Below, in pieces: positions 9,680 through 18,242 of a DNA stretch of 32,000 nt (its first letter is position 1; each line of letters starts with the position of its first letter). The position numbers were made by a program, and so were the translations under genes. The DNA lies in NCBI GenBank assembly GCA_963766255.1, contig CAVXZZ010000037.1:16960-48959 (forward strand), in the 5' to 3' direction. The notes under the pieces were generated by a model. It was given only the letters and a program-made list of their open reading frames with translations, did not search any database and had not been told where the DNA came from. Source of the DNA: an uncultured delta proteobacterium (GTDB lineage: Bacteria; Desulfobacterota; Desulfobacteria; Desulfobacterales; JAFDCJ01).

Positions 9680-9868
9680 AAACTGAACGTTATTTAACAA
9701 TCCATGGATTTCAAAAAAGTGCGCACTTTTGTTTTGTGGTTCTGACCGGTGTCTTGTTCTCTGTCACTATCTCTTCCTGGTTTGATGGGCGCAATCAAAC
9801 ATCTCTATTCAAGCCGCTTGAGGCTTTTTCAAATATGAATCAATCTCACAACGCAAAGGAGGACGACA

Positions 9869-11725
9869 ATGGCAGATGACAAAGGCAGATTTCCGGATCC
9901 TCACGAGTTTAAAGTCCCCCCGGAGCTTGAAGGCTGGGAGGAAATGTATCCAACCCATCACCTGTTTTCGGAAGATCGGGCTGATTGGGAAAAAGCCCAA
10001 TTCTGGTATGCAGACAAAATCCACGCACCCGAACCTTTGCCTCCTCTGGACCTGATCTTTCAGGAAGCATGGCAGATCTCCCTGTCCCAGTATACGACCC
10101 GCGTATTTTGCATCCCCCCTGCCCAGGGAATTGCCCAGCGACTGGTGGGCTGTTATCTGTACATCTGCGCCATTGCCCCACCGCCCGATGAAATTATCGG
10201 TGAAAAAGCCGCACATTTTGAAAAACGGGTATTTTATGTCTTTGAACACTACGATGAATTGTGGGACAAATGGCTGACCAAATTTAAGGCCCTGGGGGAG
10301 GAAATGCGGGCGGTTAACGTGCCCTCGGAATTGCCTAAATATGTTGCCGATGACAAGGTTTTTCCAGCCCCCACGGGTTACTATGAAAGTTACGACCTGA
10401 TCGAGTCTTTCGACAAACTGGTCAACCAGATGTTCAAAGGCTGGCAGTATCATTTTGAAATGCTCAACTTGACCTACCTGGCCTATCTGATGTTTGCCGA
10501 TGTGTCCCGCAAGCTTTTCCCCGGAATCAGCGAAAGCGCCATCGGAAAGATGGTCGCCGGCGCCTATGTCTCCATGTTTCGACCGGAGGAGGAACTTTGC
10601 AGACTTTCCCGGCTGGCGGTGTCGTCTGATGGTGTCGGTGCTATTCTTGGCAGCGAAAAATCCGCCGCCGATAAGATTGCCGAGCTTCAACAATCAGAAG
10701 CCGGCAAGAACTGGCTGGCCGAATATGATAAATCAAGTGATCCCTGGTTTTATGTATCCAACGGCAGCGGCTGGTATCACCATGAGGGCAGCTGGCTGAC
10801 TGATCCTGACATTCCCTACAGTTATATCAAAGGCTACGTTCAAAGGCTGGAAAAAGGTGAGACCATTGAGCGCTCCCTGGATGAGATCGAGAAGGAACGC
10901 GATGAAATTGTCGCCGAGTACACCAAAATGATACAAACCGACGACGACCGCAAAGCCTTTGACGATGCCTACAACACCATTCGAACCATCTACCGCTACG
11001 CCGAGGATCATCTTTTCTGGGTGGAACATTGGTTTCACACCATCTGGTATAAAAAAATCAGAGAAATTGGATCCGTCCTGGTAGCCAGCGGAATGCTTAA
11101 TGATGTGGACGATATATTTATGTTCAACCGCTACGAAATTCCGCAGCTTCTGACGGAAGTGGCAACCGCCTGGGCCCTGGGTGTGGATATACCGACCCGG
11201 GGGGATCAGTATAAGGCCAAGGCCGCCAAACGCCGCAAAATCCTCGCGGCTGCCGCCGAATGGAACCCGACACCGGCGTTGGGCGTACCACCCGAAGAAG
11301 TGGCCGAGCCCTTCACCATCATGCTCTGGGGTATTACCACCGACAAGGTAAAAGAATGGCTCAAAGGTGTCGATGCAACCAGTGGCGCGGATGTCTCTGA
11401 AATCAAGGGGTTTGCCTCTTCGGCCGGCGTGGTTGAAGGTCCGGCCCGGGTCCTCAAGAGGCTCAAGGACATCACCAAGCTGCAACCGGGTGAAGTTCTG
11501 GTGTGTCCGTCAACCAATCCATCCTGGGCACCGGTTTTCACCAATATCAAGGCCGCGGTAACCGACATCGGTGGATTGACCAGCCATGCAGCAATTGTCT
11601 GCCGTGAATACGGCGTCCCGTCGGTAACCGGCTGCGGTTACGCTACAGCGGCTATCAAAACTGGAGATATTGTTAAAGTCGATGGTGATACCGGTGTTGT
11701 CACGATTGTCAAAAGAGCGGGTTAG
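9869..11725 (+). CDS. PEP-utilising enzyme with phosphohistidine domain; phenylphosphate synthase PpsA (70 kDa)-like
   Basis: 618 aa. C-terminus: GEVLVCPSTNPSWAPVFTNIKAAVTDIGGLTSHAAIVCREYGVPSVTGCGYATAAIKTGDIVKVDGDTGVV (PEP-utiliser mobile domain with TSHAA histidine). Large unique N-terminal region and separate ATP-grasp partner downstream. Confidence 0.8.
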   Translation: MADDKGRFPDPHEFKVPPELEGWEEMYPTHHLFSEDRADWEKAQFWYADKIHAPEPLPPLDLIFQEAWQISLSQYTTRVFCIPPAQGIAQRLVGCYLYICAIAPPPDEIIGEKAAHFEKRVFYVFEHYDELWDKWLTKFKALGEEMRAVNVPSELPKYVADDKVFPAPTGYYESYDLIESFDKLVNQMFKGWQYHFEMLNLTYLAYLMFADVSRKLFPGISESAIGKMVAGAYVSMFRPEEELCRLSRLAVSSDGVGAILGSEKSAADKIAELQQSEAGKNWLAEYDKSSDPWFYVSNGSGWYHHEGSWLTDPDIPYSYIKGYVQRLEKGETIERSLDEIEKERDEIVAEYTKMIQTDDDRKAFDDAYNTIRTIYRYAEDHLFWVEHWFHTIWYKKIREIGSVLVASGMLNDVDDIFMFNRYEIPQLLTEVATAWALGVDIPTRGDQYKAKAAKRRKILAAAAEWNPTPALGVPPEEVAEPFTIMLWGITTDKVKEWLKGVDATSGADVSEIKGFASSAGVVEGPARVLKRLKDITKLQPGEVLVCPSTNPSWAPVFTNIKAAVTDIGGLTSHAAIVCREYGVPSVTGCGYATAAIKTGDIVKVDGDTGVVTIVKRAG

Positions 11726-11852
11726 TATTTAGTTGAAGTGTTGATTGGTTGATTAGTTGTGGCCGTAGCTGAAATTCAGCTGAATCATACCGATTCGATT
11801 TCAACCAATTAGAAAATGCGCAAAACCTTCTAATCCAAAACGATAGTTCTCT

Positions 11853-11888
11853 CCCGGTTCCCGCCCCCTGATGGGGCTGGGAACCGGG
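11853..11888. promoter_or_regulatory. Strong intercistronic stem-loop between the PpsA-like and PpsB-like genes
   Basis: CCCGGTTCCCGCCCC (11853-11867) / CTGAT loop / GGGGC-T-GGGAACCGGG (11873-11888): 15 bp stem with one bulged T; no following T-tract. Confidence 0.6.
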
Positions 11889-11947
11889 AAGAAGGTGATT
11901 AACTTGCGCACTTTCAAAGATCCCCTATAATTTGCGGGAGAACGCTA

Positions 11948-13018
11948 ATGGACTTAATCCTGGATTTTAAAAAGCTCAATAAAAGTTCCCTGCCATTGGT
12001 CGGTGGTAAAAATGCCAGCCTGGGAGAAATGATCAATGCCGACATCCGGGTGCCTCCGGGCTTTGCCGTCACCACCGACAGCTATGCGGTGTTTATGGAA
12101 AAAGCCGGCATTAATGATACGATATTTAGTCTGCTGGCGGACCTGGATCCGGATAATATCGATGCACTCAACCAGGCCGCCGAAAAAGTCCAGGAAATGA
12201 TCAGAACTGCGGTCATCCCCGATGATGTCCAAAAAGGCATCAGCGACGGGTATTCTCTGCTGTGCGAACAATGCAAAGTTGATGCCCTTCCGGTGGCTGT
12301 AAGATCCAGCGCAACCGCCGAAGATCTGCCCACGGCCAGTTTCGCCGGGCAGCAGGACACGTATCTCTGGATAATGGGCGCTGACCGGGTTATTGAAAGC
12401 GTCCGCAAATGCTGGGCCAGCCTGTATACGCCGCGGGCCATCAGCTACCGGGTCAAAAATGACTTCCCCCATGAAAAGGTTCTGATCAGCGTCGGTGTTC
12501 AGAAAATGGTGAACTCAAGGGCAGCCGGCGTGATGTTCACCCTGAATCCCACCGACGGTGATATTTCCAAAGTTGTGCTTGAAGGCAGCTGGGGACTGGG
12601 AGAAACAGTCGTATCCGGTTCGGTCAACCCGGACAAATTCGTCGTCGACAAGGTCATGGGGGAGATCAATGACCGAACCATCTCTACCAAACACATCGAG
12701 TGTGTCTTTGACGTTGAAAAAGGAGAAACCATCGACGCCGATGTGGACGAAGACATGCAGTGCACCTGCTGTCTCGAGGACGAGGAAATAAAAGAACTGG
12801 TCAAAATAGCCAAAACAATAGAGGCCCACTACGGCCGCGCCATGGATATCGAGTGGGCCATCGACAAGGATTTTTCGTTCCCGGAAAGTATTTTCATTGT
12901 CCAGGCACGCCCGGAAACGGTCTGGAGCCAGCGCAAGGTAGAATCCAAGCTCGGCAAAAAAACCGGATATCAATTGTTGATGGATCAGGCCATGAAACGG
13001 ATTAAACTGCCGGGATAA
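11948..13018 (+). CDS. PEP/pyruvate-binding (PPDK N-terminal) domain protein; phenylphosphate synthase PpsB (40 kDa)-like
   Basis: 356 aa: LPLVGGKNASLGEMI...VPPGFAVTTDSYAVFM...RSSATAEDLPTASFAGQQDTYL...VKVMVNSRAAGVMFTLNPTDGD-type motifs...VLEGSWGLGETVVSGSVNPDKFVVDK...GRAMDIEWAIDK; lacks swivelling and PEP-binding domains. Confidence 0.85.
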   Translation: MDLILDFKKLNKSSLPLVGGKNASLGEMINADIRVPPGFAVTTDSYAVFMEKAGINDTIFSLLADLDPDNIDALNQAAEKVQEMIRTAVIPDDVQKGISDGYSLLCEQCKVDALPVAVRSSATAEDLPTASFAGQQDTYLWIMGADRVIESVRKCWASLYTPRAISYRVKNDFPHEKVLISVGVQKMVNSRAAGVMFTLNPTDGDISKVVLEGSWGLGETVVSGSVNPDKFVVDKVMGEINDRTISTKHIECVFDVEKGETIDADVDEDMQCTCCLEDEEIKELVKIAKTIEAHYGRAMDIEWAIDKDFSFPESIFIVQARPETVWSQRKVESKLGKKTGYQLLMDQAMKRIKLPG

Positions 13019-13360
13019 CGAAACAAAGAATTCGGAAGTAGGAATGCGGAATGTGGAAATCAAGGGAGGGTAAAGGGAGAAGGGCTTAGAATGCAAAATG
13101 GTAAAGGCCGCCAGCTAACGTCACGTTAAAGCCTGAGTATGTCACAGCAGGCAAGTGTTAAAACCCAGAAGTAAAAAACCAGATACGTGGCCTTTTGTAA
13201 TTCCACATTCCATATTTCAACTTGCGAATTCAAATACATCTGACATCTGTTTTCTGTCTTTGCTTGAGAGATACTTATGCATCTCCGAAGTAAGACCCAC
13301 TTAGGATAGAAATAAATATAATTCGTTAACTAAAAAATAAGAGAGGAGAACTGTATCAAA

Positions 13361-14794
13361 ATGAAAGACATGAGAGATTTTGTAGCAAAGGGCGAAGAAG
13401 TTGGTTTGTGCCAAAGGATCACCGCCGAAGTCGACTGGAACCTGGAACTGTCGCATATTGCCAAGCTCAATGAAGAGGCCGGCGGCCCGGCGCTTCTTTT
13501 TGAAAACGTGAAAGATTATGATACGCCGGTTATTACCAGTGTATGCACCACAACTAACAGGCTGGCTTTGATAATGGGCCAGCCCCTTGGATCCTCTCTG
13601 ACCGAGCTTTACGAAGAATGGGCCCGGCTCGGTGAAAACCTGGTTAAACCCAAAATGGTGGAATCCTCAGCCGCCCCCTGTAAGGAAAATATCCTGACGG
13701 GTGATGACATCGATCTTGCAAAGTTTCCGGTGCCGCACTGGTATCCCCGGGACGGCGGACGCTATATGGGCACCGCCCATTTCATCATCAGCAAAGACCC
13801 CGAAACCGGCTGGGTTAACCTGGGAACCTACCGCGGCCAGATGCTTGGCAAAGATAAGATGGGCACTTTGTTTATCAAGGGCAAACATGCCGACATCATG
13901 CTGAAAAAATACCAGGCCATGGGCAAGCCCATGCCGGTAGCTTCGGTAATCGGCTGCGATCCCTTGCTGTTTATCCTGGGCGCGGCCCGGGTCTCGGCAT
14001 TTACATCGGAATATGACGTCGCTGGGGCATTGCGCGGTGAACCCGTGGAAGTCGTCAAGGGGGAAACCGTGGACCTTCCCATACCGGCCCACGCGGAGAT
14101 CGTCATCGAAGGCGAAGTGGATGCCGACAAATTTATGGAAGAAGGCCCCTTCGGCGAATACACCGGGTATTATTCCGGTGTCGGCACGAACCCGCGCAAT
14201 TTCATCGATGTCAAATGCATAACCCACAGAAACAACCCCATTTTTTGGGGAACCACCGTGGGCCGGGCCGTCACCGACACCCATATGACCATGGCGCTTT
14301 CATACGGCGCAACCCTGTGGCAGCAGCTGCTGGCTATGAAAATTCCCGGACTCAAAGCGGTGTACTGCCCGCCCGAAGGCTCCGGACGATTCCTGGCCAT
14401 CATCTCCATTAAGCAGATGTATCCCGGACACGCCGACCAGGTACTCACCGCCGCCATCTCAACCGAGATGGGTGCCTACGGGCTCAAAACCGTCATCGTG
14501 GTGGACGAAGATATCGACCCCTGGGATATTCCCCGGGTCATGTATGCACTAAGCTTCCGCTTCCAGCCCAACCGGTCCCAGGTTATCAAACGCGGCCGGT
14601 CAACACCCCTGGATCCCTCGCTGCCCATCAGCGCCAGAGACATCACCGGCAGGTTGCTGCTGGATGCCACCATACCTTACGACTGGAAAGAGAAACCAAT
14701 CCCCATCAAATTGGATCCGGAAATGGTTGAAAAGGTCAAAGGCCGATGGAAGGAACTGGGCTTGGATAAAATTTCTTCGGATAAATACTTATAG
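13361..14794 (+). CDS. UbiD-family prenyl-FMN-dependent decarboxylase/carboxylase
   Basis: 477 aa: FPVPHWYPRDGGRYMGTAHFIISKDPETGWVNLGTYRGQMLG, IGCDPLLFILGAA, EGPFGEYTGYYSGV, GHADQVLTAA, VDEDIDPWDIPRVMYAL; upstream RBS GAGAGGAG. Confidence 0.9.
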   Translation: MKDMRDFVAKGEEVGLCQRITAEVDWNLELSHIAKLNEEAGGPALLFENVKDYDTPVITSVCTTTNRLALIMGQPLGSSLTELYEEWARLGENLVKPKMVESSAAPCKENILTGDDIDLAKFPVPHWYPRDGGRYMGTAHFIISKDPETGWVNLGTYRGQMLGKDKMGTLFIKGKHADIMLKKYQAMGKPMPVASVIGCDPLLFILGAARVSAFTSEYDVAGALRGEPVEVVKGETVDLPIPAHAEIVIEGEVDADKFMEEGPFGEYTGYYSGVGTNPRNFIDVKCITHRNNPIFWGTTVGRAVTDTHMTMALSYGATLWQQLLAMKIPGLKAVYCPPEGSGRFLAIISIKQMYPGHADQVLTAAISTEMGAYGLKTVIVVDEDIDPWDIPRVMYALSFRFQPNRSQVIKRGRSTPLDPSLPISARDITGRLLLDATIPYDWKEKPIPIKLDPEMVEKVKGRWKELGLDKISSDKYL

Positions 14795-14865
14795 CCGATA
14801 GCCCATAGCCCCGCCTTAGGCGGGGCTCATAGCAAAGGATTTCACTGCTATGGGCGTCAGCTATT
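14792..14865. promoter_or_regulatory. Nested inverted-repeat structure after the ubiD-like gene
   Basis: Inner hairpin AGCCCCGCC-TTA-GGCGGGGCT (14807-14827), outer arms GCCCATAG (14801-14808)/CTATGGGC (14848-14855). Confidence 0.5.
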
Positions 14866-14972
14866 GTTTAATAAATATCTTAGGCTATTTGCTTTCATTC
14901 AAAGTTAAAAGACCGCTGTTCTAACAATCAGATTACAGCTATGAACTATGGGCTTCTACTAGGAGGTATTAA

Positions 14973-16628
14973 GTGAAACCAATTCGCTATACACAGGAAA
15001 TGGTGGATGAATTTTTAAATGACGGATATTGGACCCAGGAGCTTTTTTATGATTTCTGGGAAAGAAACGCCCGCGAATTCGGCGACCAGGAAGCCCTGGT
15101 GGATTCAAAGTACCGCGTCACCTGGGCCGAGGCTAAAAAATTGGTGGATGCCATCGCCTACACCTGGGTACAGATGGGCATTCCCAAATCGTCCCGCATT
15201 ATTATTCAGTCGCCCAACAGTGTCTATGGATTCCTGGCACGCATCGCAGCTGAAAGGGCCGGTCTTATTTCTCTGACCGTCTACCCCTATTTGCGGGAAA
15301 GAGAATTGACCTACATGGTGGAGAGAACCGAGGCATCCGCCGTTGTTATTTTGAATGAATACCGCAATTTCAATTATCTTGAAATGTACCGCGATCTTCA
15401 GAAGAAATTCCCCCATCTGGAAAAGATTTTTCTCTTCGACGATGAAGTTCCGGCCGGAGCACCGGAAGGAACCTATTCGCTAACCCAACTGGCCCAGGCG
15501 GCGGCTGAAAAGCCCATCGACGAAGAGGCCCTTAAAGCACGCCGATTGGACCCAATTTGGGATATCGCCCTGCTGACAACGACATCGGGAACCACCGGCA
15601 TACCCAAACTGGTGGAATGGCCCACCGCCCCCCGGGTATGCACCTCGAAAGGCCGGGTGGATATCTGGGGCCTTACCAACAAAGATACCACCATGGCGAT
15701 TGCACCCCACGCCGGTGGTGCCGCCGGCACCCTCACCTATTTTGCCGCTCCCATAGCCGGTGCCAAGACGGTCATGCTGGAGGAATTCAATCCGGAAGCC
15801 GCTTTAGCCCTGATTGAAAAAGAGAAAGCCACCGCCATCGGGGTGGTGCCGACCCATCTGGTGCGAATGCTCGAAGTAGATGCCTCCAAGTACGACTTGA
15901 GCTCCCTGCGCTTTATCCGTTCCGCCGGTGGCTATCTCTCTCCCCAGATTGCTGAAGAAGCCGAAACCGCCTTTGGTGCCAACATTACCAGTGACCTGGG
16001 CACCCAGGACATGGGATCGGTTTCGGGTTGCCGGGTGGAGGATTCCAAAGACCTTCGCCGCCGAACCGTCGGGCGCATGCTACCGGGCAACAAGGTGAGA
16101 CTGCTCGACAAGGACACCAACGAGCCGGTGGCCGATGGCGAACCCGGGGTGTTGTATTTCAGAGGCCCCCATGCACCGGCCGGCTATTATCGCGACGAAG
16201 AATTGACGTCCACGGTTTTCGATCCCAAGGGCTGGACCACTACCGGTGATATTGTGAAATTTGACCAGGAATGCCTGTGGATCCTGGGCCGGGCCAAGGA
16301 CATGATTATTCGCGGCGGTCAGAATATTTATCCCGCGGAAATCGAAGGCCTGCTCAATGATCATCCCAAGGTCGCCTCGGTGGCCGTTGTGGGATATCCG
16401 GACCGGGAAATGGGGGAACGGACCTGCGCTTATGTCATCGCCAAAGGCGGCCAGGATTTCAGTTTTGAAGAAATGGTTGAATTTCTCAAGGGCAAAAAAC
16501 TGGCCATGTACAAACTGCCCGAACGCCTCGAAGTCGTTTCCGAATTCCCGGCCGTAGGTGATTCCGGGAAAGTAAATAAAGAAACGCTCAAAAAGGAAAT
16601 TGCAGAAAAAGTAGCCAAGGGCGAATAA
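14973..16628 (+). CDS. AMP-dependent (acyl/aryl) ligase, 2,3-dihydroxybenzoate-AMP ligase / aryl-CoA synthetase-like
   Basis: LLTTTSGTTGIPKLVEW (P-loop), LGTQDMGS, GWTTTGDIVKFDQECLWILGRAKDMIIRGGQNIYPAEIE, GKVNKETLKKEI. Confidence 0.87.
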   Translation: MKPIRYTQEMVDEFLNDGYWTQELFYDFWERNAREFGDQEALVDSKYRVTWAEAKKLVDAIAYTWVQMGIPKSSRIIIQSPNSVYGFLARIAAERAGLISLTVYPYLRERELTYMVERTEASAVVILNEYRNFNYLEMYRDLQKKFPHLEKIFLFDDEVPAGAPEGTYSLTQLAQAAAEKPIDEEALKARRLDPIWDIALLTTTSGTTGIPKLVEWPTAPRVCTSKGRVDIWGLTNKDTTMAIAPHAGGAAGTLTYFAAPIAGAKTVMLEEFNPEAALALIEKEKATAIGVVPTHLVRMLEVDASKYDLSSLRFIRSAGGYLSPQIAEEAETAFGANITSDLGTQDMGSVSGCRVEDSKDLRRRTVGRMLPGNKVRLLDKDTNEPVADGEPGVLYFRGPHAPAGYYRDEELTSTVFDPKGWTTTGDIVKFDQECLWILGRAKDMIIRGGQNIYPAEIEGLLNDHPKVASVAVVGYPDREMGERTCAYVIAKGGQDFSFEEMVEFLKGKKLAMYKLPERLEVVSEFPAVGDSGKVNKETLKKEIAEKVAKGE

Positions 16629-16633
16629 ATTGA

Positions 16634-16745
16634 GGAATGGATTCTGTTTAAATTTAAAAAAGTAGACAGGATTTACAGGATTATTAGGATTATTTTATTC
16701 CCGGTTTCCTGAAGAAACCGGGAATAGCCTATCCGCTTCGCGGAA
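16634..16745 (+). repeat. Dispersed repeat copy 1: GAATGGATTC ... GACAGGATTTACAGGATT ... hairpin
   Basis: GGAATGGATTC (16634-16644); GACAGGATTTACAGGATT from 16665; hairpin ATTCCCGGTTTC-CTGAA-GAAACCGGGAAT (16697-16725); then TCCGCTTCGCGGA. Confidence 0.75.
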
Positions 16746-16800
16746 GGAGTATCTTGTCACTACCAAACCTTCTAAACTAATATAGGATGTGGTCTTAACT

Positions 16801-16912
16801 CTTTTCCGCCGGCAGGCGGATGATACTTTCACGGTTTCTTCTGGAAACCGTGAAAATCTTGTAGATCCTGTTAATCCTGTCAAAATGTTTTTTAAAAATA
16901 GAATCCATTCAT
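16801..16912 (-). repeat. Dispersed repeat copy 2, inverted relative to copy 1
   Basis: Minus strand: GAATGGATTC (16910-16901), GACAGGATTAACAGGATC (16881-16864), hairpin TTTCACGGTTTC-CAGAA-GAAACCGTGAAA (16855-16827), TCCGCC-TGCC-GGCGGA. Confidence 0.75.
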
Positions 16913-16995
16913 TTTTCTATCTCAGATATGCTGGACCGCTTCTCATTACCTTGTGGCATCCAATAAATTCTTAACCGCGTATAGCAGGAAAATTT

Positions 16996-18207
16996 ATGCC
17001 AAAACCAGTTCTAGTTATTTCTACTCTGGATACCAAGGGGCAGGAGACCCTGTATCTCAAAGACAAATTAAGCGCCATCGGATTATCGCCCGTTGTAATG
17101 GACATCTCCGGGCGCGGCAGTGATATTGCCGGAATCGATGTTCCTGCGGCCCGTGTCGCGGAAGCGGGCGGCGGCGACTTTGAAGAAATGAAAAATTCCC
17201 GCGATCGAACCCGCATCACCAACATCATGATGGCAGGCGGTGCCCAGATTGCAGCTGATTTGCTGGCCGGGGGAAAGCTCGCCGGGGTTATTGCCCTGGG
17301 GGGATCAACGGGTTCTTTGATGGGCTCCGAGATAATGAGGTCACTGCCCTTCGGGATTCCCAAAGTGATGATTTCATCGACAGCTGCCCTGCCCGGTCTA
17401 TCCACCCGCTACATCGGGACCGGGGATATCGCCCTCTTCCATTCGGTGGTCGAAATATCCGGCGTTTCCAATCTGCTTAAAAATGTCATGGACCGCGCAG
17501 CCCACGCTTTAGCGGGAATGGTTGCCGATGATATCTCCTCACCCAAGGCTGAAAAGGGCAAAGCCATTGCCCTGACCATGCTGGGACCCTGTGAAAAATG
17601 CGCCAGTGCGGTGCGAATGGCATTGGAGCAGCACGGTTATCAGGTCATCGGATTTTCAGCCGCCGGCATAGGCGACCGCGCCATGGAAGACATGATCGCA
17701 GCAGGTTTTTTCCAGGGTGTCATCGATCTGGCACCGGGTGGTGTCGGCGAACATCACTTCGGTTTTATGCGGGATGCCGGCCCCCATCGTCTGGAAACCG
17801 CCGGGAAATCAGGCATCCCCCAGATTATTTCCACCTGCAGCGTAAACCACATGACCCCGGCCCGGTCCAAGTATAAATCGGAATACCACGAACGGCGCAA
17901 GTTCGATCTGGACAAATTGCGCACCTGGATCCGGCTGTCCCCTGATGAGTTAAAAGAGGTTGCCGGCATTTTTGCCGAAAAACTGAACCAGGCCAAAGGG
18001 CCGGTAACCGTCATAATCCCGACGGATGGATGGTCGGCAGCGGATTTACCCGGCAACGACACCCATGACCCGGCCGAAGACCGACTTTTTATTGAAGTGT
18101 TGCGGGAAAAACTCAAACCCGATGTTCAAATACTGGAAGTTGATGCCAACATGGAAGATCCCGAGTTTGCCAAAGCAGTGGTTGAAAACGCGTTAAAAAT
18201 ATTTTAA
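16996..18207 (+). CDS. Tm-1-like ATP-binding domain protein (UPF0261 family), paralog 3
   Basis: LVISTLDTKGQETLYLKDKLSAIG...VIALGGSTGSLMGSEIMRSLPFGIPKVMISSTAALPGLSTRYIGTGDIALFHSVVEISG...; 35 nt upstream of the ubiX-like gene. Confidence 0.88.
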   Translation: MPKPVLVISTLDTKGQETLYLKDKLSAIGLSPVVMDISGRGSDIAGIDVPAARVAEAGGGDFEEMKNSRDRTRITNIMMAGGAQIAADLLAGGKLAGVIALGGSTGSLMGSEIMRSLPFGIPKVMISSTAALPGLSTRYIGTGDIALFHSVVEISGVSNLLKNVMDRAAHALAGMVADDISSPKAEKGKAIALTMLGPCEKCASAVRMALEQHGYQVIGFSAAGIGDRAMEDMIAAGFFQGVIDLAPGGVGEHHFGFMRDAGPHRLETAGKSGIPQIISTCSVNHMTPARSKYKSEYHERRKFDLDKLRTWIRLSPDELKEVAGIFAEKLNQAKGPVTVIIPTDGWSAADLPGNDTHDPAEDRLFIEVLREKLKPDVQILEVDANMEDPEFAKAVVENALKIF

Positions 18208-18242
18208 TATGGGACACAGATAAATAACGACAAGAGGTTGTC

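Noticed and set aside
9809-10693. Long minus-strand ORF (294 aa) opposite the PpsA-like gene
   Set aside because: Fully antisense to a well-supported ORF; codon mirror effect in a GC-rich coding region; no recognised motif.
10733-11485. Minus-strand ORF (250 aa) opposite the PpsA-like gene
   Set aside because: Antisense shadow; plus-strand reading has clear PEP-utiliser motifs.
13667-14284. Minus-strand ORF (205 aa) opposite the UbiD gene
   Set aside because: Antisense shadow of a conserved gene, no family signature.
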